From positions 54,622,001 to 54,686,000 of the forward strand of contig OZ076420.1 of NCBI GenBank assembly GCA_964187785.1: 64,000 nt of DNA. The letters are read 5' to 3'. The position numbers were made by a program, and so were the translations under genes. Positions 1 to 11,600 of this stretch are shown here, in pieces. Under the pieces are notes generated by a model. The model was not told the origin of the DNA and did no database searches. It was given only the letters and a program-made list of their open reading frames with translations. The stretch is from Amphiscolops sp. MND2022. Taxonomy: Eukaryota. Numbering within the stretch: the first letter of the stretch is position 1; each line of letters starts with the position of its first letter.

Positions 1-386
1 CAAGACAACGCCCCAGTACACAAAAGTGAAGTTGTTCGCAATTTTCTGGCCCAAGAGCAATGGGAGGTGCTGGATTGGCCAGCTTACAGTCCTGACCTGA
101 ATCCTATTGAAAATATTTGGGCCATTTTTAAAAAAAGCTTGCGAGGTCAGATTGTTACCTGGGAGAATTTAGAAGAAAAGGTTATGGAAGTGTGGAACAA
201 CATAAACCCTGATGTTGTTCGCAACTTGTACTCATCGTATGAGAATCGTCTGGTGAAGGTAATCAAAAACCATAGTAGTTTGACGGGATATTGATTTATT
301 ATTTGTTTCAACAGTTGTTTCAAATTTTACTGTTCTGAGTTTTTTTAAAAAAATGTTGGTGTACGTAGCTTTTTGATACCATAGTG
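1..386 (+). mobile_element. 3' end of Tc1/mariner (DD34E) transposon, truncated by the window edge
   Basis: Frame 1 from base 1 reads QDNAPVH...WPAYSPDLNPIENIW, with exactly 34 residues between the D of QDNA and the E of NPIE. Stop at 292-294. A likely right terminal repeat ends ...GATACCATAGTG at 386, followed by TA. Confidence 0.9.
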
Positions 387-430
387 TATATACTGAGAAA
401 ACCTAATTTTAAACGAAAAATAATTTTGAC

Positions 431-900
431 CAGTCTCATAGTGCCGAAAAATCTAAAAGAGGGGACCCTTTGAGATTGTGAAATATCTATTATGTTGCAA
501 ATATTTAAAAAATCGAAGGGCGGCCCTTTCGAGACATTAAAAAAAATTCGAAAAAAACGAAAAATCGAAAAATAAGAATTTTGAGCGTCTCAGAGTGTCG
601 AAAAACTTGGAAGGGGAGACCCTTTGGGCTTTTCCAAACTTCAGTTTGCTGTAAAATATCAAAAAAACTTGAAGGGGGGACCCTTTGGAGACAAAAAAGT
701 CGCACAGTGTCGAAAAAAACTCAAAGGGGGACCCTATAGTCTCGTCCGGTTTTGTATCTTACGATAAAAATGAAGTAACTGAAAGGGGGGACCCTTTGCA
801 CTATCTTAAATGCGCTCCCCGTTCGTTTGCCGGTCCAGTAGTTTAGTAGTAAATTAACGTTCAGTAGTTAATCAACGTTCGTCGCTTCGAGTCTTAAAAA
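431..900 (+). repeat. Dispersed non-coding repeat family with recurring AAAGGGG(G)ACCCTTT and AGTCTCATAGTGCCGAAAAA motifs
   Basis: The same motifs recur at 7030-7460 (reverse orientation), 9050-9420 and 12450-12480. Confidence 0.75.
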
Positions 901-1214
901 AAAGAAAAAAACGAGTGACTGCAATAGGTGGGCTCTTTTATTTATAAAAGCGCCGACAAAAACTGAAAAGGTCAAAAACCCAAAAGGGGACATCTTACAA
1001 GAAAGCGGCGGTTTTTCTCTTGGAAAGTAGGCCTTTAGGCATGAAATTTTTCTTGAGCTCAGTCTGGTGACGGATTTTTCATATTTTTTTAGGCTGACAC
1101 ACTTTTTTGTTCTTTATAGAAAAAGGAAAGGAAAAGCCACTCAAAGGAAAATTGTATTTATCTTCTTATCTAAAACGTGATAATAATTTTGAACATAAAT
1201 CGGGCGTTACTGGC

Positions 1215-1631
1215 TCATTCAAGCCATGCTCGGCCGAATATCCAAGGGAAAGATGAAAAAGGTAAGTAAAATTCACTGTTCCTGTTGAGGTATTCCACAG
1301 ACTCGTATGTCTCTTCCTCCCGTCTGAAGAGATTGATGCCGGAATTGGTGCTCTGGCATAGTCTGGCCAGCTCTGCCTTGTGTTTCTGTTCACGCACAGC
1401 GTCATTCTGCTGCTTCATGGACAGTTTGTGGATGAGCAGCTGCTTCACGTCTTCCTTCGAGAGCGACTCGTTCAAACTGAAGTTGGGCGAGTCATACTCC
1501 GAATAGAGAGCCATCTCGTATCGTTCGTGGTAGCGCGCATCTTGGCTCCTCAACATTTCCCTATCACCATTCAAATTCCACCTGAAAATATCCATCATCA
1601 AATGAATCACATCACCAGATAGATTCAAATA
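1215..1631 (-). CDS. Probable exon or ORF of an unidentified gene (137 aa, partly helical/charged)
   Basis: Open frame with protein-like composition and a pyrimidine-rich possible acceptor (ttttttatccacag) just before 1631. No family recognised. Confidence 0.35.
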   Translation of the reverse strand, partial: YLNLSGDVIHLMMDIFRWNLNGDREMLRSQDARYHERYEMALYSEYDSPNFSLNESLSKEDVKQLLIHKLSMKQQNDAVREQKHKAELARLCQSTNSGINLFRREEETYESVEYLNRNSEFYLPFSSFPWIFGRAWLE

Positions 1632-3748
1632 CTGTGGATAAAAAATATGAAATATTGCATAAATGGACTGCGCGTATTGGAAGTCTCATTTTAGGGTAGA
1701 TAGCCCTTGTTCGAGTCATTGTTTCAGGGGGCAAGGCGCTGAGGGGTGTCGGATAGGGTGAAAGTACAGTGTAAAAGACTGTCTCAAAAAATAAAATCTG
1801 GAACATCGGCCAGTGGAGAAAATAAAAACCTTTTCAAGACATTGCAGTCACTTTTGTGAGAAATGGGTGACAACTGTGCACCATAGTAAATACAATAAAT
1901 CTGGGCCCTGTCCGTGACACATCCATGAGCAACTAATATTTGACATAGAAAAGCTTTCATCAAAAGATCCAAGCTAGAATTCATTAGAGCAGTTTACCAC
2001 TAGTTCGAGATGAGCACTGGCACTGCTATATTTTTCATGTATTCCGACCCGCAAGACAAGGGCGCCAATTATAGCTTTCATCAACTTCAAAAATTATCCT
2101 CTGGTTTTCCTGTCTGACACGTCCATCGGAGCAGAAAGGGCACGGCCCCTTAATGATTTTTGTCACTATAGCGACTTTGCGAAGAATTGTTTAGGTTTCT
2201 TTTAGATTTTTCTGTTAGGAACACTATTTTCCGAGTCTTAAGGGTGACCCCTGTGATCATTTTTCGGTCCTGTGGGACTGATCAGAGTTTTGCTCAATAA
2301 TAGTGGAAAAGATGACGGCTTTTTTCGGCTCTGCAACTTTTTACCATTTTTCTTTTTCAATAGAGGTTCGCTGCTTCGGTTTTTTAATGCTTTCAGATTA
2401 TGAAATAGGCCCCTGCGCGGCAGAGTATTAATTCCACTTTGAGCTTTCATGTTCAAGAACAGAAGCATATCTGGAATAAACTATACACTCACGTTTAATC
2501 ATTATATAGCCACAAATGGTCACTAACAGTTCACACCGCCTTTACTTCTCGGACTAAAGAATATAAAACTACTGAACGTATATTACGTTTTGTATTCGCA
2601 TTTGAATGCAGGCGAAGGCAACGCTTCTAGCGAACGAATAATTAGAAATCGCCCGCTTCATCTCATTGAATTCAACACGTACGAATGCATAATTGACACT
2701 AATCTTCATCGCTCGAGAATTGGATAAACTAACTGTCGTCGGCAGCTTGAGAATATCGAATCGCTCGCTTATACTCACTGCCGAACAAAATATCTGAATC
2801 ATTTTCTATAGGTACTCGGTTAACGAACATACTCGTCTGGAAAAACACATGTTTCTATATTATTCCGGCTAACGCAGGTTCTTACAAGTTCAAATGATCC
2901 TTAAATGAGGTAAATCATATCGATTGTCCACATAATAGAAAACAACTCGTCCGATTATACTTTTGCCCGGAGTCTCCGATTTTATTTTTGTACGAAAAGT
3001 CTGATCTTATACTTTGTACGAAACATCTTGTGTACGAATTGTCGTGCTACTTCGGCGCGCAATCGAAATTTCCGTTGCATTGGAGTTATCAAGCTGCTTG
3101 AAAGACTCATTGAAAATCAAATTTAACGTCAGTTTACTTCAAAATAACCTCAGTCCCGAGATGAGCTGCAAACCAGCGTCATCTTTGGGGTGCTATTTGA
3201 GATTTAGTTACATCAGATAAGTAGTTAGAAACCGCAAAGTAACCTACAAAATTTGTCACCGAAAGTTTCCCGAATGTTCTAAATATTGAAAAAATACACA
3301 TGCAGAACCTATTACAAGCCTATAACGACCCGCCAGTAATTCGCCAGCAATTCGCTCGTAGAAAACGTTGAATGAGCCTAAATGACCTCTTTTTAGGTTT
3401 TTCGGCATTGTGCGACTTTTTTACCAAATACTTTTTTGGAAAAAAAATTTTTTCCAAATATTTCAAATAGTTGTTCCTTGAATATTTTTGAGCCTAAGAT
3501 ATGGCGCCGACTTGGGACATTCCCGTCTTGTTATTTCTGCTGAAACTCAAATTTATCAAACATTATCATTTTGGAAACTCATTCAACAAAAAAGCACAAA
3601 CAGTGAAAAGACAATACAAAATCATAGAGATTAAGTGAAAAACAGGCTTACAAATTGACAAAAAAAATTAAACTAAAATAAAAATCAAGTCTTTTCAAGA
3701 CAATTGTTCAATTAATCAGGAACCATGGTACATATGTGTCGAGAATAT

Positions 3749-5651
3749 TCAATTAAGATTGGAATTGACCTCCTGGAACTTTCGCTTCGAGTTGCTTCTA
3801 GGTGTCAGGCTGACGCAATTACTGAAATCTTGAGACCCGGATTTTTGAGGCGTGCTCGGTTTTTGAGGCGAAGCAGAGTGTTTGGAGGCAGAAGCAAGGG
3901 ACTTAATAGACTGCCCTTTGAGTTTGGTTATCTCTGCTAGCGTCTCGTCGATTTCCTTGAGGTACTTGGATTTCCCAGAACCGGAACTTTCATGTTGATC
4001 GCATGAAGAAGAAGAAAGTATAGAGGTATTGGATAAAGATGCAATAAAGCCATACTCTGGCGAAGATGTTGTCGGTCCTTTAGATCCTCTAACTTCACTC
4101 GGGTTCATCTCTTGCGCAGGTTTCAACTCACTGCGTAAAACACTCGTTGATGTTTTCTGATGACTCAATGGCGAGAGGGGCGATAGAAGTGATTCGAAAG
4201 TGTTCAACGAGCCCAAAGTCAAATCCAATTTCAAACCTGCTCCTGTCTTCTTTTCCTGTGCAGCATTATCAAAAACTGCGACTGGTTGAATTTCCCCTAG
4301 ACCAATTCCGGTGTTAGTTCTAAAGCTAGAGGACGATGCAGAGACTGACGACACATTACTCTTCCAAGGATATGATTGGTTAACGTGAATGGAATCGGCA
4401 GTAGTGGCACTGTTGTTTTTTGAGGCAGCTCTGGTTTGAACTCTTCTCTGAGTAGAACAAAATATCTCATCCAAGTCAATATCTTCAGAACTTCTATTTG
4501 AGGCTGGGCTGTGTTGCAATCTTGGATCATCAAAGCTGGTTTTTTCTACGATTGCATCACGACTTTGCATGGGAATATCCGAAGTTTCTCGCTCCAACTG
4601 TGGGCATAAGCTGGGAGCAATCGGCTGCTCGACGCCATCAGCGTTTGTGGACAATTTAGACTTACTATAGCATGATGACTGAAAAACAGGACTTACTCTT
4701 TCGACTCCATTCAATGGAACCTCAGGCCGTGAAGTTTCAACAACTGTCTCTTGTTCACGACCACTTCCTTCTGTGTTGGTTTCAAATTTCAAATTATTCT
4801 GTTTAAGTCCAATAGAAATGCTAGATCTTTTTTCATCAGCTTCTTCAATTTGGTGACCGGTGGCTCCAAAAACCGGAACATCTTTGGCACTTTTTGCTTC
4901 GAATTGCACTTTGTTAGCTTCGAATTCCATATTTCCCAGTTTCCTAGGGGACCTGCGAACTCCATTCGAACATTGAGCAGGCGACTGAGACCTGGGTCGA
5001 GGAATCTTGGAAGAACTCGGCGACTTCGTTTTTTCACTGCTCACACCACAGTTTGAGGATTCAAAACCAGACCTAGAAAGCCGCGACGTTTCATTGCTTT
5101 TTGATTTGACACCTATGTCTTGACATTCGGTTGGTTGACTGAGAGAAACGCTGTCTCCTTTAAGAAATTCCTGATCTTTTGAAAAATTTAAAGCTCTTTT
5201 GGTTTGAGATGGCGAGCTGCTACTTAACATTAGCTTGTCCGATGATTCTTTGTTGGAGCATACGACATCTGAGTCTCCTTGAGAAGTATCGGAAGACACA
5301 TTCCGATGATTCGATTGGTCACATTTTTGGGCGGAGTTGAGATTTATTTTTCTGAAAGGCGAGGGAAGACTCAAATTGGCCAAACAGGAGGAGCTAGATT
5401 GTGATGTCACAGATGCATGACTGGATGATAGGTTATGATGCGTGATTGTACCCGTGGAGGTGTCCGTGTTTTCTCTACCCTGACTTTCAGCACCCTTTGA
5501 GGGTCGCGGCAGCGGTTTTGTTGGGGCTACTTTGTTTTCCAGCTCCTTGATGTACCCGTCTTGTCTATCCATTGCCTTCTTCAACTGGTTTCTCTCCTTC
5601 TTGAGATCTTCAATTTCTCTCTGTTGTGTAGTGATCACCAACTTTCCATAC
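3749..5651 (-). CDS. OBI1: OBI1-like terminal exon (coiled coil plus Ser-rich disordered tail)
   Basis: Acceptor gttttttag at 5652; phase 2 matches the exon ending at 6428; open to the stop at 3749. Confidence 0.85.
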
Positions 5652-8600
5652 CTAAAAAACTTGAAACGTGGAAACGGCAATGCTCTGAATAACGCAAATG
5701 AGCTACAATATTATTCACTAACAAAGATATCCTCGACAGTGCTTTTGTCCCCAAATGAGGACAGTGTTTTTTCACAATCAATAAAATATTACGAAACGCA
5801 AAACTTTTTACAACGTCCGGCCGGATATTATCTTTTAATAATAATCTTAAATAATCGGAAAATCTAACTTAGAGAAAGTGTATGTGCATCGAAAAATTGA
5901 ATTTGTGACTGTGAATCAAAGTTCATTAAATTATGGCGGAGCGAAAATAGTTTTTCACTGCTTTGTGGTAAAAGCCTGCTTCGTTTTTTTTGTAATCTTC
6001 ATTGCCCAATTCTGAAAACAGCCCTTCATCGCTTACAATTGAGGATAATGTCTGGTCCGGCCGGTATCTGGCTTCAATCAGTCCTGTCCGGTTGTCCGGC
6101 CGGACGGAAATTTTCCTGTCCGGTGCACCTCTAGCTACAATATTATTCACTAACAAAGATATGATAGGAATAATTCGGATAGCACGAACAAAACTCGGAT
6201 TTAATTAAGGCATTGTTACGGGTAATTTCCCAACTATTTTTTGACAAAGTTTGGTATTTTGCAATGATATGGAAGGGATTCCGAACTTTTTCAGGACAAA
6301 ACTCTCAGGCTAAATTGAAAAACTTTCAGCGAATTTCTGGCTTCTAAGGGAGGGCGAGGGTTGGTTGGCTTGCGCAGATCTCGATTGAGGCCTACAATTT
6401 GAGTGACTTTTCCAAAACAACTCTCACTTTTGAGGAGTGCCTGTTGCTCCTCCTCCCGCCCCTCCTCCTCCTCCTCCGTTTCTGTCCTCCATGCACAGCT
6501 TCAGTTCTCTGCTCAAATTCAGTTTGGCCATCTCCAAGTCTTCATTCACCTGCAAAACGGGATGACAATTGAAAAATACCACGTAAAAATGCGGTCTGAA
6601 CATATTCCATACTCACCATGAAAAGTATATCACTGGCTGCCTGATTTCCGCGAAACACTCAAAAAAATGAGCGAAAACTGAAATTCGGAATATTCATTGG
6701 TGCCCAATGTTTCAAGAAGGTACCGGATTTATGTGTTTTAAAGGATCGAATTATGGACATAAATGTTTCAAAAATTCAAATCTTAGAAAAAAATATGGGT
6801 AAAACACCTTTTGTCTTCGAATGCATTTCATTTTATAGAAACATGGTTTCGCGATTTCTCAAGTTATTTTAGTTGGCTATTAGTTGCTAGTTTTTTCGCC
6901 AAACCACAGAGCTTACCATGTATGTACCATGTACAGACTTTATTCAGTTTAGGGGGAACCCAGGGGTCGCGGGTTCGAGTCCCTGGTTCAGCCAGTAACA
7001 ATTTCGTGCATCTGCGAAACCGGACGAATCTGGAGGGTCCCCTTTCAATTATTTCGGCAGATTTTTTCGAATTTTTTTATGTCTCCAAAGGGTCCCCTTC
7101 AAATTTTTTTGATATTTTGCAACAAACTGGAGTTTCAAAAAGACCAAAGGGGTCCCCATTTTACATTTTTCGGCACTATGAGACTGTTTCAAAATTCTCA
7201 TTTTTCGTTTGACATTAAGGTTTCTCAATGTATACCCAAAAATATATATTTTTTCAATACTATCGATAAATTTTGACGTAATATCCGGAGTAAAGAGCTA
7301 TATCCGAACTTTTGACGTTATATACGAACTATATTTCGTTTTACTAAGGAGGAGGCGGAATTTCGAAAACGTTTTTTATGAAACCGTCGAACGCATATTT
7401 TGAAAACTGCGCTTTTTGAGCCTTAGATATAGCGCTTACTTTGGACGTTCCGCCTTGTTAGTCATTGAGGAAATTTCAACAGAAAATTCTCCCTAAATTT
7501 CAGCTGAAATTTGAAGATATGTTTTTCATTTTGACTGCAAAATCAGGCAATATTGTTGTGGGTAAATTGAAATTTGCGAAAATGCAGTTTCTGAGAAATA
7601 TAAGCCTTTGCTCTGCTTTAAAAATTTTCGAAAAATATCACGATTGACAAAAAAGTAATCGAAAGTTTTCTGATGGTGGCGCTCATAGTTGTTTTAAGAA
7701 CTGTGAAAAAATATTTGTTTAGCGCACTATCGACCTTACGGAACAAGTTTTTTGAAGAAAAACAGCTTTCAGTTGAAATTCCATGTGCTGTTGCCAATCG
7801 CTAGTTCACTTCTGTAATGTTGTGAAGTACGTTCCACATACAGAGCCGCATGCGCGGTAAACGAGTCGGAAACGGATTAATATATCGAAAAACAAATTCC
7901 GTAAGTCATTGTCATTTGGTCATTTTTGGACTGGACTAATTTTGGCTATGTTTCTCAGATCCCAGTCGTACGATAAAAAAATCACAAATCCCAAAGGCGG
8001 AAGCCTCTGGCCATATACAGCTTTTATAATTCCAATGCAAGCAATCAAGAGGGACCCTTTAGGTTTTAGGCGAAAAGTCTTTCTGAAAAGTGGACCATTT
8101 AGATTCATTCGGCGATGTGACGATTTGTCGGTAAGTGTACATTGTTAATAAAGGAAACATGAACATAGATGAAAACAACGTAAATTGGAAAAGGAAATGA
8201 TCAATTCGTATAAATGTTTCCGAGACCATTAATTTCGTTATCATGCTCCAAAAATTGTCTGGCATGCCTTTACGATCTAAATGTTGGTTTCCAGGAAAAA
8301 AGGCAAGATTTACTGTTTATTGAGAATATTTCAATTTACAACCCGAATAAAACCTATTCGGGGAGCATACTTGAATCGAGGGTATTATGTACTTTTAGAA
8401 CGTTCTTGGCCGGACAAACTATTTCAAACTTTTCTGTCAACCGTCTCTTGTATTTTCCAAAAGTCAGTGAAAATCCTTGTCAGTATTTTTGTGCAGAATA
8501 TCAGAAAGACACATTCCTCATGTTTTTGAAATATTTCTAATCGAAAATAATAATAATATAATAATTTAATTCATCTGGTATCTATTTAAACACAGAGGCG

Positions 8601-11600
8601 AAGCCGTGCTTCGCAAACACTTGCGAACTTTTGAAGAAAACCAAATAAGCAATATCATACGAAAAACCAAGGGTAAAAGGAGATTAAAATTTCATCAATT
8701 TTACAGCGCCAAAAAATACCCGAAGGGATACGCGTAAGCCTCGAAAACCATTCTTCCCCAACTGAAAACAGCAAAAAACCCATTCTTTCTCAACGGAAAA
8801 CCTTAAACAGAAAATAGAAGAAAAAAAATTCAAAATTTTTCGAAAACATTTTTGATGGTCTCCGGTAAGTCCCAAAGCCTTGAGGAGTCCTCTCGCAAAA
8901 CGTTTCGTTTCTTGTAAAAATTGAGCAGGGGCTTCGGTGAAAACAAATTTTAAAAAAGTCGCACTGAAAAAAGATCGGTCTTTAAAAAACGGTCTTTTAA
9001 AACTAAAAATTGAGAAAAAAATTTCCGAATTTTTTTGAAGTTTCCGCTAAGTCGCATAGTGCCGAAAAATGTGAAAAAGGGACCCTTTAGGATTTTATAA
9101 CATTCGTTCTGTTGCAAGATATCAAAAAATTGAAAGGAGGACGCTTTGGGGACATTAAAAAATTTTTGAAAAAAATAAGGGAGTCTAAAATATTTTTGAA
9201 AAAAAAATTAAAATTTTGAACAGTCTCATAGTGCCGAAAATTCTGAAAAAAGGGACCCTTTGGGATTTTTTAACATTCGTTCTCTTGCAAAATATCAAAA
9301 AAATTGAAAGGAGGACTCTTTGGGGACATTAAAAAAAATTTCGAAAAAAAAGTCTCACGAAGCCGAAAAAAAGTCTCACAAAGCCGAAAAGTCTCATAGT
9401 GCCGAAAAAAGTCAGAACCTTCTGCTTCGGAATACTTGCAAAAAAATTAGCGCATACCCACGGGTTCGAACACGAAACCTCTGGGTTGAAAAGCAAGCAT
9501 CTTACCACTAGACCACGAACGCGTGAAACGTGCGAGTTGCCGCGTGAAATGAGAATTGTCGCGCGGAAAAAAAAGCACCCGCACTTTCCCATAACACTTG
9601 CTTATCGCAAGTGTAATAAAACAGCTGGTTCAAAATAAACAATAGGCATGACACTACCAGAAAAGACTTTCAAAGGCGCAATGCCCACCCAAAAATCACT
9701 CAATGGAAATTCAAGTTTCAAAATGAATATTTCAGTTTATTTACAATTGCATTTAAAGGACAGTTGAATGTGGGACGCAATCAGTTTGACCTTTATTGGG
9801 AAACGCTATCCAATTAATTCGAATTTTACCTGCCAGCACTGGTTGTATGTCAGCACAAGAAACATGCAAAAGACGAACTCAGGGTGAAATTTGATGACCG
9901 ATCCAAGCCAACAGAAAAGATACCAAACGATGCTTTGCAATCAACCATAGGGGTATTCGTTTGCAGGTGTTAACATGCACAAAAGAATGCTTTGAGGAAG
10001 AACATCAAAACTGCATGTCTTCAATATAAGAGCTTCTACGCCCACTTAATTTCACATAAATCTAATTGAAACTGGATGCTCCCATAATCATGGCATTTGC
10101 AGCAAAGATTATTTCTTCTGAGCTTCTCAAAAAAAACGTTGATAAAATTTTCAACTCACGCTCTTCGTTTCGTCTCATCGAAACTGTTCGCTGAAAATTT
10201 AGAAGTCAGTTTAACAGCAACTCAAGTACAAACTGCTTCAAAATGCCCTGAGCTCACGACACATCGGATTCGGATTCCCCAAAAACCCTCCAGGGCGAGC
10301 TATCAAACGTGTTGAAAGAAATATCCCGATGTTTCCCATGTATTATGTGTACTAACACTTCTTGGGAAACAAACAGAATACAGTGGAACCGGTTGAATAC
10401 CATCTTTGCGTGTTAACAGCTTATTCTTAAGTTGCGTCAATTGAATTCACATTTCAGGCATTATCTCAATGACTTCGTCAAACAACAATCATTTTCACGT
10501 TCCATCGAAGAGCGATGTAATAGGCTGAAGTAATAAATTATAAATTGCAGTTACTTGGCCTCTTTTTTCGGGCAAAAATGTCCTTCTGTCTCTCCCTTGG
10601 TGAAAAATGCCTAATGAATAAATAAATAGTTAGTTGACGACTAACTTTTCTGAGTTGTTCATTTTCGGACTTGAGGTCGTTGGCGAATTTGAGGGCGCGT
10701 TCCAAGATGTCACTGGTGCTGGGGTGAGGCACGTCTGTCTGCACCGAGCGAGAGTACTTCTCCTGACAACCATTGCGACACAAATCTAGCTCCTCCTCCA
10801 ACTTGTCCACTTGACACAAAAGATGCTCTATCTCCGCCTGAAAACAACTCTCGATAGAAGGAAGCCATCAACGGTAGAAATCACCAACATATCACATTCC
10901 ACGCTATGACACTATTCCAATACTTCACACAATAGACTTCGTGAAACAAACAAAACATACAGGTACGCGGGGCGCAAATTCTCTGCAAATTGTTTGCACC
11001 TACTTTTGTTACACTAAAAAGACAGTTTTTAATCCTTGAAAAAAACATGTGCATGTACTGGTAGCAAAACTAAGGGCGGATATTTTAACATAGAAACCAA
11101 AAATGTTCCGAAAACAAAACAAAATGAAACTTCCGAAAAGCGATCCCGTTTCCTAATCAAAGCGCAGAATTTCAATCAGGATTTTCTTTGACTTAGTAAA
11201 AATGATCTTTCCAAGTCAAGAAATTGTAAGAGAGAGCAAATAAGACTGATTTGATACAACCGAGTAATAGATACACCTCCTGAACTGACTCCATTTCAAA
11301 CAAAGCGAAAGCCTGAAGAGGAGTTGTGATGATACCTCGTATGAATGGCGCAGACTATCGAAGCGACTCAGTCTGATGTTTCGCTGAGAGGTTCTTCTGT
11401 GCTGTTTGGAAGAGACACTGCAACCAGCATCTGCCAAATGCTGACCATCCGCTGCCCCTGTCACAGAACACGTCTTTCAGCAACTAACCACACACTGGTG
11501 GCACAGTGAACCGAACATTGAGACTTTATGCGTTCTAGTCTAATTATAACTTACTACAGTTGTCAATGAAAAATTTTAAACCCCATTCGGTCAATCAGAG

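Noticed and set aside
4297-5867. Short overlapping ORFs within or antisense to the OBI1 last exon
   Set aside because: Shadow frames of the 643-codon exon with no motifs.
9451-9523. Functional tRNA genes (also 13751-13821 and the B-box at 6972-6982)
   Set aside because: A and B boxes are present, but acceptor and anticodon stems do not pair; treated as tRNA-derived relics.
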